Part shown: one piece after another, positions 41,633-50,507 of the stretch
How positions within the stretch are numbered: the stretch's first letter is position 1
How the letters are laid out: each line of letters begins with the position of its first letter
NCBI GenBank assembly: GCA_963812605.1
Contig: CAWEWF010000013.1
Span: 30,735-94,734 of the forward strand
DNA length: 64,000 nucleotides
Direction of reading: 5' to 3'
Source: an uncultured Verrucomicrobiae bacterium
GTDB taxonomy: Bacteria > Verrucomicrobiota > Verrucomicrobiia > Palsa-1439
Made by a program: the position numbers and the translations under genes
Notes under the pieces: model-generated
The model's input: the letters and a program-made list of their open reading frames with translations, nothing else
Told to the model about the DNA's origin: nothing
The model's database searches: none

Positions 41633-43403
41633 TCCTCGGACGGGACAAAGGGGGGCACCCTAAGAAATTATGCCCGCCCGACAAGAAAGCCTTGCCTTCG
41701 CGAAATCAGCGGCGTAGAAGGCAACCAAGTGGAGAATTCTAATTCAGTCTGCGGCTCAAAGCGGTGAAAGGCGGCGAGCATGAATATGGCGGGCGAGCAC
41801 ATCCGAGTTCGGCTGACACTCCTTTCGATGTGTGATCAACAAAGTGGAGGTCGGATTGTTTGATGTTGAGACCTGACCCCATTCCCATTCATTGCCTCTT
41901 GTATCGATTTACGATGGACGAAGAGGTGATGGGTGCCCCCATGCCTAAGTGACCGTTTACTCCACAACGCTCCCGGCTACCAAACCCTTGTGGACTTCGA
42001 AACCAACCTCAACTAAACTCATGACTCATGCACTTCCTCCACTGTCCACCAAACCGGGGCACGGGCATGAAACCGTAGGACCTGTGAAGTGAGCGATACG
42101 CTTCGAGCGCCGGGTGCCAAGCTGGGCCAGTCGGTCAAGCTGGTGATCTTTACGGTCCTCGCCTTGTTGATGGTGATATGTGTCGCCCGCGCGACCTACG
42201 ATTTGGGTCGAGCGTATTTCTGGAGAAGCACGCCTTGCCTGATCCTCAGCAGTGAAGTCAAGCTACACGGTCAGCTTTATGTATTCGAAGCCACCTACCA
42301 GTACACACTGGATCTGCGGGAGTATAACTCCAAATATGTCGGTGGGGCCTCGTCCGATTACAATCGGGCTCAGCGGCTTATGGATCGGTATCCCGTTGGC
42401 GCAGCAGCGACATGTTATGTGAATTGGCCGAATCCGGGTGAGTCAATCCTTCGCCGTCCGGGGTTGGATAGCGTGATTATGTTGTCGATCCTCCTGGCGG
42501 TGCCTACTATGTTTGTACTGGTCGGCGTTGTCTTTCTATGGACTCTGTCTGGGAAAGACGCCGGCAGTCCCGGGCTGCAAGACCCGCCCCCAAAACCCGG
42601 TCGGTTCGATTTAACGATGGCCGTCCCCGCGCTCCTGGTCCTGGTATTTTTCATCTGCCTGCCCGCGATTGTTTTCTCGGCATTTACCATTGGTGGAGCG
42701 GCCGACCTCTATCTGAACTGCATCAAACCTTTGCGTCAGCGCGCCGACTCGAGGGGCTGGACGCAGACGCCCTGTGTGGTAGTGTCCAGTCGGGTGATGA
42801 CCCTTCGGAAAGGCCCGAGATACCGTGCCGACATTTTGTACTCCTATCGCGTTGGCGATCGGGAATACCGGTCAAATCATTATCTCATCTTCGAGTACGG
42901 CTCGCGCGATTATGATAGCCAGGCGGCAATCGTGCAGCGATTTCCGACGGGAACACAATCGGTTTGTTGTGTCAATCCTGCCGACCCGACGGAAGCGGTC
43001 CTGGTTCGCAACGTCGCCTCAAGCGTTTGGACAATCGGCCTGCTGATGGGATTATTGTTTTTCAGTATCGGCGTCGCGGGCCTCACGTGGGTTGCGCGGA
43101 GTGGATTGCGGAGGCGCCGATTGAGAGGAAAAACAGGTCAGTCCCGCATAACCGCATATTTGCTGGCACCCTCAGCCGGCCGTTTCTTGACTTGCCGTTA
43201 TCGACGGTATACGCCTAGGCACTGATGCGCACGGCTTTGCAATCTTAGGGGTCAATCTTAGGGGTCAGGTCTCAACATCATACAAATCAGTTGAAAGGGT
43301 CAATCTTAGGGGTCAGGGAAAGGAAAGGGAGTCAGGGCTTGACACCTGACAGAATTGTTCCTCGGAGGGGACAAAGGGGTGGGTGCTTTCAGAAATTATG
43401 CCC
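41633..43403. mobile_element. Repeat-bounded cassette carrying the DUF3592 gene
   Basis: Perfect 20-bp IR 41861-41880 / 43261-43280; imperfect ~45-bp direct repeats 41633-41675 / 43359-43403. Confidence 0.6.
42089..43225 (+). CDS. Tandem DUF3592-domain membrane protein
   Basis: Two repeats of W..TPC.(I/V).SS.V...Y.Y.....Y.S...(Y/F)P.G....C.VN...P.E. Confidence 0.8.
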   Translation: MSDTLRAPGAKLGQSVKLVIFTVLALLMVICVARATYDLGRAYFWRSTPCLILSSEVKLHGQLYVFEATYQYTLDLREYNSKYVGGASSDYNRAQRLMDRYPVGAAATCYVNWPNPGESILRRPGLDSVIMLSILLAVPTMFVLVGVVFLWTLSGKDAGSPGLQDPPPKPGRFDLTMAVPALLVLVFFICLPAIVFSAFTIGGAADLYLNCIKPLRQRADSRGWTQTPCVVVSSRVMTLRKGPRYRADILYSYRVGDREYRSNHYLIFEYGSRDYDSQAAIVQRFPTGTQSVCCVNPADPTEAVLVRNVASSVWTIGLLMGLLFFSIGVAGLTWVARSGLRRRRLRGKTGQSRITAYLLAPSAGRFLTCRYRRYTPRH

Positions 43404-43473
43404 AGCGAAAACGGAAAGGAACGGGCGGTTAAAAAATCCGAAAAATTTACTTGCGCTTGTTTTTATTTCATTT

Positions 43474-43499
43474 TATATTCAACCATATGGTTGAATATA
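43474..43499. promoter_or_regulatory. Perfect 26-bp palindromic operator overlapping the -10 box and the ArsR start codon
   Basis: TATATTCAACCAT-ATGGTTGAATATA; TTGCGC-N17-TATATT. Confidence 0.85.
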
Positions 43500-43846
43500 C
43501 ATCGAAGATGTTGGACCGGACTTTTGGGGCGCTGGCGGACCCGACGCGGCGGCGGATTTTGGCGCAACTGGCGAAAGGCGACGAGTGCGTGACGGATCTG
43601 GCGCGGCCGCACGCGATGTCGCTGGCGGCGGTATCGAAGCATCTGATCGTTTTGGAAAAGGCGGGCTTGGTGAAGCGGCGGCGCAAGGGGCGGGTGCATT
43701 CGCTGGCGCTGGAGGCGAAGCCGATGCGAGAGGCGCAGGCGTGGATTGACCGGTATCGGAAATTCTGGGAGGGAAACCTGGACCAGTTCGAAAAATATTT
43801 GGACAAACTACAAACGAAGGAGACCAAACATGCTGATGATAAATAA
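43487..43846 (+). CDS. ArsR/SmtB-family transcriptional regulator
   Basis: LDRTFGALADPTRRRIL, SLAAVSKHL.VLE.AGLV. Confidence 0.93.
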   Translation: MVEYTSKMLDRTFGALADPTRRRILAQLAKGDECVTDLARPHAMSLAAVSKHLIVLEKAGLVKRRRKGRVHSLALEAKPMREAQAWIDRYRKFWEGNLDQFEKYLDKLQTKETKHADDK

Positions 43847-44321
43847 TGAAGTGCAGAAGCCGGATGACGCGACGTTAATCGTGAAACGGATGCTGAATGC
43901 GCCGCAGGAGCTGGCGTTCCAGGCGTGGACGTCGGCGGAACATATCCAGCAATGGATGCGTCCGGAACCGGGAATGGAGGTGCCGATGGCGAGCATGGAT
44001 TTGCGGGTGGGCGGAAGATTCCGCATCCAGATGAAGAAGCCGGACGGTGAATTTTTCACCGCCGCGGGAGAGTTCCGTGAGGTCAAGGCGCCGGAGCGAC
44101 TGGTTTACACGTGGGATTGGGAAAAGGACGGCTGCGGCACGGAGTTTGGCGAGGTGGAGGGTAAGCCATCGCTGATCACGGTGGAGTTCCTCAAGCGGGG
44201 CAAGCAGACGGAATTCGTGCTGACGCATACCCGGTTCGCCACGGTGGAAAGCCGGGACAATCACGCGCAAGGCTGGAGCAAAATTGCGGAGAGTTTTGCG
44301 AGCTTTGTGGAGAAAAAATGA
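43830..44321 (+). CDS. SRPBCC/AHSA1-like domain protein
   Basis: AP.EL.F.AWT, MDLRVGG.FRI.M, PERLVYTW, H..GW. Confidence 0.9.
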   Translation: MLMINNEVQKPDDATLIVKRMLNAPQELAFQAWTSAEHIQQWMRPEPGMEVPMASMDLRVGGRFRIQMKKPDGEFFTAAGEFREVKAPERLVYTWDWEKDGCGTEFGEVEGKPSLITVEFLKRGKQTEFVLTHTRFATVESRDNHAQGWSKIAESFASFVEKK

Positions 44322-44402
44322 CGCGTCGTACCACTGAAACTGAACAAAGCTGACAACGGTTGGCCCCGCAGGCGCGGGATCAGCCCATAACGAAAGGTAA
44401 TC

Positions 44403-45238
44403 ATGAGCACAAAAGCGAATATCGTATCGCAGAGAGGAATGGATAGCGGCCCGGCTCGGGCTGCTCAAGGAGGAGAAGGAGCTAACGCGGCGCAGCGACG
44501 AGCTGGCGCGGCGGCGGCAGGAGTTGCCGTGGGTTCGGATCGACAAGGAGTATCGATTCGACACCGACGAGGGGAGCGCCTCGCTGGCAGACCTCTTTCG
44601 AGGGCGCTCGCAGCTCCTCATCTACCACTTCATGTTCGGGCCCGAATACACGGCGGGGTGTCCGTCCTGCTCGGCGATCGCGGACGGGTTCAACGGCTTC
44701 GCCGTCCACCTGGCCAACCACGACGTCACGCTTTCGGCGGTGTCGCGGGCTCCGTTCGCGAAACTGCAGGCGTACAAGCAGCGGATGGGCTGGAGCTTCC
44801 CCTGGGCGTCCTCGCTCGGCGCGGACTTCAACTTCGACTTCAATGTCTCGCTCACCGAGAAGCAACAGCGCGAGGGGACCGTCGAATACAACTACCGGCG
44901 CGAAGCGGCGTGGATAGAAACGCGGAATCGACGATTCACTGACGAAACGCGGCAAGGGGCCTGTCGCCGAGCACGCGGCCATGACCGGGACCGACGTGGC
45001 CACGTACACGCGCGAGAGGCCGGGCATGAGCGCGTTCGTGCTCGAGGACGGCGTCGTCTACCACACCTATTCCACCTATGCGCGCGGGCTGGACGGCCTC
45101 TGGGGCATGTACCAGTGGCTCGACCGGGCACCCAAGGGGCGCAACGAGACAGGCATCTGGTGGCGTCGCCACGACGAATACGAGGCGCTTCCTCAAAACG
45201 GCGGGTCGTGCTGCCACGCGGCGGAGGCGCGCGCGTGA
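44403..45238 (+). CDS. DUF899 thioredoxin-like protein; frameshifts near 44430 and 44930-44960
   Basis: LADLF.GRSQLLIYHFMFGP...GCPSCS, YHTYSTYARG, WLDRAPKGRNE, RRHDEY. Confidence 0.88.
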
Positions 45239-45540
45239 ACGCTCGCCACTGTTGCCACAAAGCGACGCGAGCCGGCGACAACGTTCGTCGGCCCGCGTCG
45301 CGGTTGCGCCGTGGCGGGGAGATCGCTGGTTGGATCGTTCCGAGCGCTGCGCTGGCACTGCTTCCCAAGTGTCCCGCCTGTGTGGCGGCGTATGTGGCCC
45401 TCGCGACCGGCATCGGGATCTCTTTGCCGACCGCCACTTACCTGCGGGCGATGCTGGTGGTATTGTGCGTGGCGTCATTGGTTCTCATTACGGCAAGACG
45501 ACTGCGGAGTTTAATTGCGCGGGGAGTCAGCCAGCAGTGA
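45235..45540 (+). CDS. Small Cys-containing membrane protein
   Basis: GTG overlaps the DUF899 stop; HCC...LLPKCPAC.AAY..L.TGIG. Confidence 0.7.
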   Translation: MNARHCCHKATRAGDNVRRPASRLRRGGEIAGWIVPSAALALLPKCPACVAAYVALATGIGISLPTATYLRAMLVVLCVASLVLITARRLRSLIARGVSQQ

Positions 45541-45661
45541 TCATTCGTGTCAGCATGTGAAGGGGTCAGACCGGCACAGTCGCATATTCATCACCTAACT
45601 TGGCTCAGTTCAGGATCCGCCTGCGCGAAGGCTCACGGAGTTCGGACACCACCCCGGCTCC

Positions 45662-45794
45662 GGTGATGTCTTAATTTGCATCCGCCAACTGTAGCCGAAG
45701 CGTAAGCTTCGGGAATCCGTATTGCTACCACCGAAGCTTACGCTTCGGCTACAAAACACGAACAATGAGCGGTGCGGCAAATTAAGACGCCACC
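45662..45794. repeat. GTAG REP doublet (REPIN-like) nested inside an outer 18-bp IR
   Basis: Perfect 23-bp IR 45690-45712 / 45731-45753; outer IR 45662-45679 / 45777-45794 (16/18). Confidence 0.85.
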
Positions 45795-45809
45795 CTGGCT
45801 GGCCGTCCC

Positions 45810-45838
45810 TTGACAAATCGTTGCTGACGGCCTACGCT
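45810..45838 (+). promoter_or_regulatory. sigma70 promoter of the metal-resistance cluster
   Basis: TTGACA-N17-TACGCT. Confidence 0.6.
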
Positions 45839-45848
45839 TTTCCCACTG

Positions 45849-46220
45849 ATGCGCATGGCTTTGAGACTTGTGGCGGCGCTGGTGACGATCTCGCTTGTTG
45901 GCAGCTTGCCGGTGCGTGGCGAACTGTGTGACGGTGCCACAGCACCGTGTCGTAATACGCAACCGCAGCCAATGAATTGCTGCACGCCCACGCATTGCCA
46001 CTGCAATTTGTCCGCGCCCGTTCAGCCGGCTCCGAATTCCCTGCCGGCCCGCGCCACCACGGTCAATGGCCACGAGATCGTGAAAGTCGCGTCGTTACCC
46101 GTGGACGCAATGTTCCTCGCGGGCGGCGAATATTTCAACGTGCGCTCGGCCGCGAGAGCCGACATTTCTCTCCCCAGCGCCGCCGATTCGTACCTCCTGA
46201 CGCATGCCTTCCTGATCTGA
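45849..46220 (+). CDS. Small exported Cys-rich protein heading the copper locus
   Basis: Signal peptide, C..C..MNCCTPTHCHC, C-terminus YLLTHAFLI. Confidence 0.65.
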   Translation: MRMALRLVAALVTISLVGSLPVRGELCDGATAPCRNTQPQPMNCCTPTHCHCNLSAPVQPAPNSLPARATTVNGHEIVKVASLPVDAMFLAGGEYFNVRSAARADISLPSAADSYLLTHAFLI

Positions 46221-46269
46221 GACCTGACGCTACGCCCGTGGTGTCTCTTTCGTCTGTCTCTGATCAGCC

Positions 46270-46824
46270 ATGCAAGTACACGAACAACCAGATTCCGAAG
46301 TCATCCGGCAAATCCAGTCGGGTGACGATTCCGCGTTTGACGAATTGATGAGGCGTTATCAACGCCCCGTCGTGAACTTCATCTTTCGCATGCTCGGCAA
46401 CGAGGACGACGCCGCCGATGTGGCGCAAGAAGTGTTCGTGCGCGTCTACCAGAAACTGAATACCTATCGACCGGAGACAAAGTTCTCGACGTGGCTCTTT
46501 GCGCTGGCCCGTAACGCGGCGATCGACCGTTTGCGTTGGCGCGCGCGACATCCCACCGAGCCAATCGAGTCCGAATCACAACTGGCCGCCGCGACGGATA
46601 CCGCGAAGGAGGTAGACGCGCGTGAGATTGGCGCGTTGATTGCCGCGGCGGTCAGCGAACTCCCTGAAGATCAGCGGACAGTGCTGGTTTTGTCCGAATA
46701 TCAAGGAATGTCGCATGCGGAAATCGCCGCGGTCATGCGCTGCTCGGAGAAATCGGCAGAGTCACGGCTCTATCGCGCCAAACAAACGCTGCGAGGGGTG
46801 TTGCGCCCCCTGTTGGATCGATGA
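46270..46824 (+). CDS. ECF RNA polymerase sigma factor
   Basis: AFDELM.RYQ, DAADVAQEVF, FSTWLF.LARN, LP..QR, ESRLYRAK. Confidence 0.93.
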   Translation: MQVHEQPDSEVIRQIQSGDDSAFDELMRRYQRPVVNFIFRMLGNEDDAADVAQEVFVRVYQKLNTYRPETKFSTWLFALARNAAIDRLRWRARHPTEPIESESQLAAATDTAKEVDAREIGALIAAAVSELPEDQRTVLVLSEYQGMSHAEIAAVMRCSEKSAESRLYRAKQTLRGVLRPLLDR

Positions 46825-46989
46825 GCGTGTGTATCGCTTTAACCACGTTGACTGATTCAGAACAGTTGGTTGACAAATCCGGGGGTCAGTTGGAAATTCT
46901 TGACACTACGGAATCACTTGCGGCAACGTGTGTTGCGTAATATTCACGTGAGCGACGCGAGGTTGGCACGGCGCATGTTAATAGTCTGT

Positions 46990-47116
46990 CAACCGCGCGC
47001 GATGGTGCGCGACACCGAGACAGTCGGTGTTGCACCTCACCAACACCTTCGCCAAAGGCCTACCTTATCCCGTCGGAAGCTGAAAGCCCTCGTTGGAAAC
47101 AACGAGGGCTTTTTTT
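46990..47116 (+). ncRNA. Candidate small RNA with 5' hairpin and intrinsic terminator
   Basis: Hairpin 47004-47036, C/A-rich linker, terminator 47083-47116; sigma54-like TGGCACG-N4-ATGT at 46964. Confidence 0.45.
47083..47116 (+). terminator. Intrinsic terminator
   Basis: AAAGCCCTCGTTG-GAAA-CAACGAGGGCTTT plus T run; perfect 13-bp stem. Confidence 0.88.
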
Positions 47117-47138
47117 GTCCCCAGCGTATTACCAGTTG

Positions 47139-47474
47139 ATGAACCAAGATGACGACAGACTACATGCGCTCTTGAAGCAATGGCGCGATATCGAGCCACC
47201 GTCCAATTTCCAGGCCAATGTCTGGCGGCAAATTCGGGCCGCCGTTAAGCCCGCGGTCGATACGGTCAACTGGATCGACGTGATCGGGCGTTTGTTGTGG
47301 CGGCCTGCCTGGTCAGTCGTGGCTGCCATGGTGGTCGCGCTAACCGTTGGCGTCTGGGGCGGTATTGCCTCGGTTCCCCGTCAAATCGAGCGGCCGACGG
47401 CGGAACTCCGATTCCTCTCCTCAGGTACCCTGGCGGGCGGCTACGCGCAAATGACCTCGAAGGACGCGCGATGA
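47139..47474 (+). CDS. Single-TM anti-sigma factor (CnrY-like position)
   Basis: DDRL..LL..W....PP..F...VW..I, one TM helix. Confidence 0.7.
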   Translation: MNQDDDRLHALLKQWRDIEPPSNFQANVWRQIRAAVKPAVDTVNWIDVIGRLLWRPAWSVVAAMVVALTVGVWGGIASVPRQIERPTAELRFLSSGTLAGGYAQMTSKDAR

Positions 47475-47923
47475 AGAAGACGTTGACAGCCCTTGCGGTC
47501 TTGACGCTGATTGTCACGGCGGTTTCCTTCGGTGTGGCGCGGTGGTCGGTCCGCTGCGCCATGGCCCAGCCAGCCGTGAATTTGGACGATGCGGCGTGGC
47601 TCAAGCGCAAGTTGAACCTGACGGACGCGCAAGCCCGTGACGTTGAAAAGACCGAGGCTGAATTCCGCGCGCAGTTGAATTCATTCTGCGTCGCCCATTG
47701 TTCAGCGCGGATGGCCCTGGGTGACGAGTTGGCGAAGTCGAAACCGGACCCTGACAAATGCAGCGGTTTCATCGAGAAGATGAATGCCGTGCAGGCGGAT
47801 GCGGAGCGGGTGACGCTGGCGCATATATTGAAAGTGCGGTCATTGCTGAATGAACAACAAGCGCAGCGCTACTCCGCGCTCATCCACGACCAGGTTTGCA
47901 GCCTGCCGATGGGGACCCTGTAA
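47471..47923 (+). CDS. Periplasmic heavy-metal sensor (CnrX/Spy-CpxP-like)
   Basis: N-terminal anchor, L.LTDAQ, FCVAHC, H..KV..LL.EQQ, terminal C. Confidence 0.75.
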   Translation: MKKTLTALAVLTLIVTAVSFGVARWSVRCAMAQPAVNLDDAAWLKRKLNLTDAQARDVEKTEAEFRAQLNSFCVAHCSARMALGDELAKSKPDPDKCSGFIEKMNAVQADAERVTLAHILKVRSLLNEQQAQRYSALIHDQVCSLPMGTL

Positions 47924-47943
47924 GCCAACCGAACGGAACCGTC

Positions 47944-49257
47944 ATGCAAATCAAGTCCATCATGCGGAGCGGGATTCTTGTTCTCGCGGGCCTTCTGACG
48001 TCCGTGACCGTGGTGTGGTCCGAGCCGAAGGAAATAGTTTCCAGCCTCACCTTGGATCAGGTCATCGCCGAAGCGCTGCGGAATAATGCGGAAGTACGCG
48101 GGATGCAAGCCCGGTGGGAGGCGGCGCAGGAGCGCCCGGCGCAGGAGCGCACGTTGCCGAATCCGGTGCTGGCAGTCAAAGGCGGGAACTCGCTTGATAA
48201 TTTCAGCTTCCCGAGAACTCAAGAAACTCGTGTAGAGGTCGAGCAAACGTTTCCTTGGTTCGGCAAATTGGATCTGCGCGGGAAAATCGCGGAGAAAGAC
48301 GCGGCCATCGTGCATCACGAGCACGAGGCGATGGAACTGGAAGTGGTGGCCTCCGTGAAGGAAGCCTACTTCGATCTCTACGCCGTACAGCTCTCGCTGG
48401 CCATTACCCATGCCGAAGAAGCTGTTCTCAAAGAGGTCGAAACGATTGCCGAAAGCAAGTACGCCACAGGCGCCGTGAGCCAGCAGGACGTGCTCAAGGC
48501 GCAGACGGAAACCACCATGCTCCAACAGCAGTTGCTCGAGTTGGAGCAACAGGAAACCACGGCCAAGGCAAAGCTGAACTTGTTGTTGGATCGCCCCGCC
48601 GATTCACCTCTCGGCTTGGCCGTCACGCCCCCACTGCCCGATGTTGAGGCCGGCACTGACAGTTTGTTCGCTTTGGCGGAGAAGGCCCGTCCCGAGATCC
48701 AGAAGGCGCAGATGGAGATCCAACGCAACGAAACCCAACGGAGCTTAATGAAAAAAGAGTTCTTCCCCGACTACCGGCTTGGGCTGGAGTACTCCCACTT
48801 TGGCTCGGATTACGCCGACTACCCCGGTTCCGAAAACCTGGTGATGGTCACCGTCGGGTTCGACCTGCCGATCTGGCGGACCAAATACCGCGCGGGCTTG
48901 CGCGAGGCGGAGAAGATGGTCGAAGCCAGCCAGGCCGCCCTCGAAGCGGCGGAAAAACAGATTTCCTATGATGTGCAAGATGCGCATTTCAAATCATTGA
49001 CCGCCAGGCGCACGGTCGATCTCTACAAGAACTCTCTGATACCGCAGGCCGACGCTCGATTCAAAGCCAGCGAAGCCGCCTACCGCACCGGCCAGGTGAG
49101 TTTTCTCGAATTGCTCGAAAGCGAGCGATTCCTGCTCAATGCGCGCGTCATGGAAGCGATGGCGGAAGGGAACCTCGGCGTGCAATTGGCCCGCCAGGAG
49201 CGCGCCATCGGCACGGGTGTGAAGTACGTTTCACACCCTGGTGGCGCGAACCAATGA
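47944..49257 (+). CDS. TolC-family outer-membrane efflux protein (CusC-like)
   Basis: LPNP, QTFPWFGK..LR, Y..G...QQDVL.AQ, LPIW, Y..G...FL.LL. Confidence 0.9.
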   Translation: MQIKSIMRSGILVLAGLLTSVTVVWSEPKEIVSSLTLDQVIAEALRNNAEVRGMQARWEAAQERPAQERTLPNPVLAVKGGNSLDNFSFPRTQETRVEVEQTFPWFGKLDLRGKIAEKDAAIVHHEHEAMELEVVASVKEAYFDLYAVQLSLAITHAEEAVLKEVETIAESKYATGAVSQQDVLKAQTETTMLQQQLLELEQQETTAKAKLNLLLDRPADSPLGLAVTPPLPDVEAGTDSLFALAEKARPEIQKAQMEIQRNETQRSLMKKEFFPDYRLGLEYSHFGSDYADYPGSENLVMVTVGFDLPIWRTKYRAGLREAEKMVEASQAALEAAEKQISYDVQDAHFKSLTARRTVDLYKNSLIPQADARFKASEAAYRTGQVSFLELLESERFLLNARVMEAMAEGNLGVQLARQERAIGTGVKYVSHPGGANQ

Positions 49258-49268
49258 AGGAATAATTG

Positions 49269-50498
49269 ATGGAATCTCCGACACAACTATCTCCTCCGTC
49301 CCGCCATCGGTTGTTGTCGCGGATCTTTGCCGTCTTGGTGGTAACGGCATTGCTGGTGGCAGCGTTTTTTATTGGTCGAAACTTCGTGCCGCGCCCGCCC
49401 AGTCCAGCCGCCACGGGAATGGCGACCGCTGAGACGAGGCGGAAACTGTATCAGTGCTCGATGCATCCACAGATTGTTTCAGACAAGCCCGGTAAATGTC
49501 CGATTTGCGGCATGAATCTTGAGCCGGTCGAAGAAACACCGGCGGCGCCGACGATGGGCGCTCCCAAAGAACACAAGATTCTTCTTTACCGTAACCCCAT
49601 GCGGGCCGACGTGACCTCGCCAACGCCGATGAAAGATGAAATGGGTATGGATTACCTCCCGGTTTACGCGGACGAAATGGCTGCCACCGAAAGCGAAGTG
49701 CCGGGCCACGGTTCGTTTACCTTGTCCACCGCGCGTCAGCAACTCATTGGAGTGACTCATGGCAAGGTCGAATCAAGAGACCTCCAGTTGGTGATCCGGA
49801 CCGTGGGTCAGGTTGCGTACGATCCCGATTTGTATCAGGCGATTATCGAATACCGGAATATGGTCAGTCACCCGGGCATGGAGACAGTTATCACCAATGC
49901 CGTATTGCGACTACGCCAGCTGGGGTTGTCGGAAGACATGATCAAAGAGGTGGCGGACGCCACGCATGACCCCAACAGTCTGTTACTGCCGGGCAAAGAG
50001 GTCTGGGTATATGCGCAGATTTATGAATACGAACTTGACCTGGTCCACGCGGGACAGACAGCCATCGTCACCGCGCCATCCTTACCAGGTCACAGCTATA
50101 CAGCGAAGGTTCTGGCGGTCGATCCAATCCTTAACGCAACGACTCGCACCGCGCGCGCCCGCATCCTGGTAGCCACCCCGGAGGAAAACCTGAGGCCCCA
50201 ATCATTCGTCCAGGTCAAGATAGAGGTCTCGTTGGGCAATAAACTGGCCGTGCCCTTTGATGCCGTCCTGGACACGGGCGAACACCAGATTGTGTTTGTG
50301 GTCAAGGAGCCGGGTGCCTTCGAGCCGCGCTCCGTAGAATTGGGAAGGCAGGCCGACGGCTATTACGAAGTCTTGTCGGGACTGGAAGCGGGCGATGAAG
50401 TGGTGACCTCGGCCAATTTCCTGATTGACTCCGAGTCGAGGTTCCGTTCGGCGCTGGCCGCGTACACGCAGAAACCCGCTGCGGCCGGCGCGCACTAG
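49269..50498 (+). CDS. cusB: RND periplasmic adaptor, CusB-like, with heavy-metal-binding domains
   Basis: YQCSMHP...PGKCPICGM; YRNPM...KDEMGMDY; SANFLIDSES. Confidence 0.88.
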   Translation: MESPTQLSPPSRHRLLSRIFAVLVVTALLVAAFFIGRNFVPRPPSPAATGMATAETRRKLYQCSMHPQIVSDKPGKCPICGMNLEPVEETPAAPTMGAPKEHKILLYRNPMRADVTSPTPMKDEMGMDYLPVYADEMAATESEVPGHGSFTLSTARQQLIGVTHGKVESRDLQLVIRTVGQVAYDPDLYQAIIEYRNMVSHPGMETVITNAVLRLRQLGLSEDMIKEVADATHDPNSLLLPGKEVWVYAQIYEYELDLVHAGQTAIVTAPSLPGHSYTAKVLAVDPILNATTRTARARILVATPEENLRPQSFVQVKIEVSLGNKLAVPFDAVLDTGEHQIVFVVKEPGAFEPRSVELGRQADGYYEVLSGLEAGDEVVTSANFLIDSESRFRSALAAYTQKPAAAGAH

Positions 50499-50507
50499 GA
50501 ACTGACC

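Noticed and set aside
6206-45238. Mass pseudogenisation (queC-like, aroF, lptF, addB, addA, DUF899, metal-binding fusion)
   Set aside because: Single-base indels in otherwise intact and partly essential genes indicate assembly error; needs read polishing to confirm
46990-47116. Known riboswitch (fluoride, NiCo, yybP-ykoY, c-di-GMP)
   Set aside because: By eye only a short GCGATGGTG resemblance to the fluoride motif; the other conserved elements are missing
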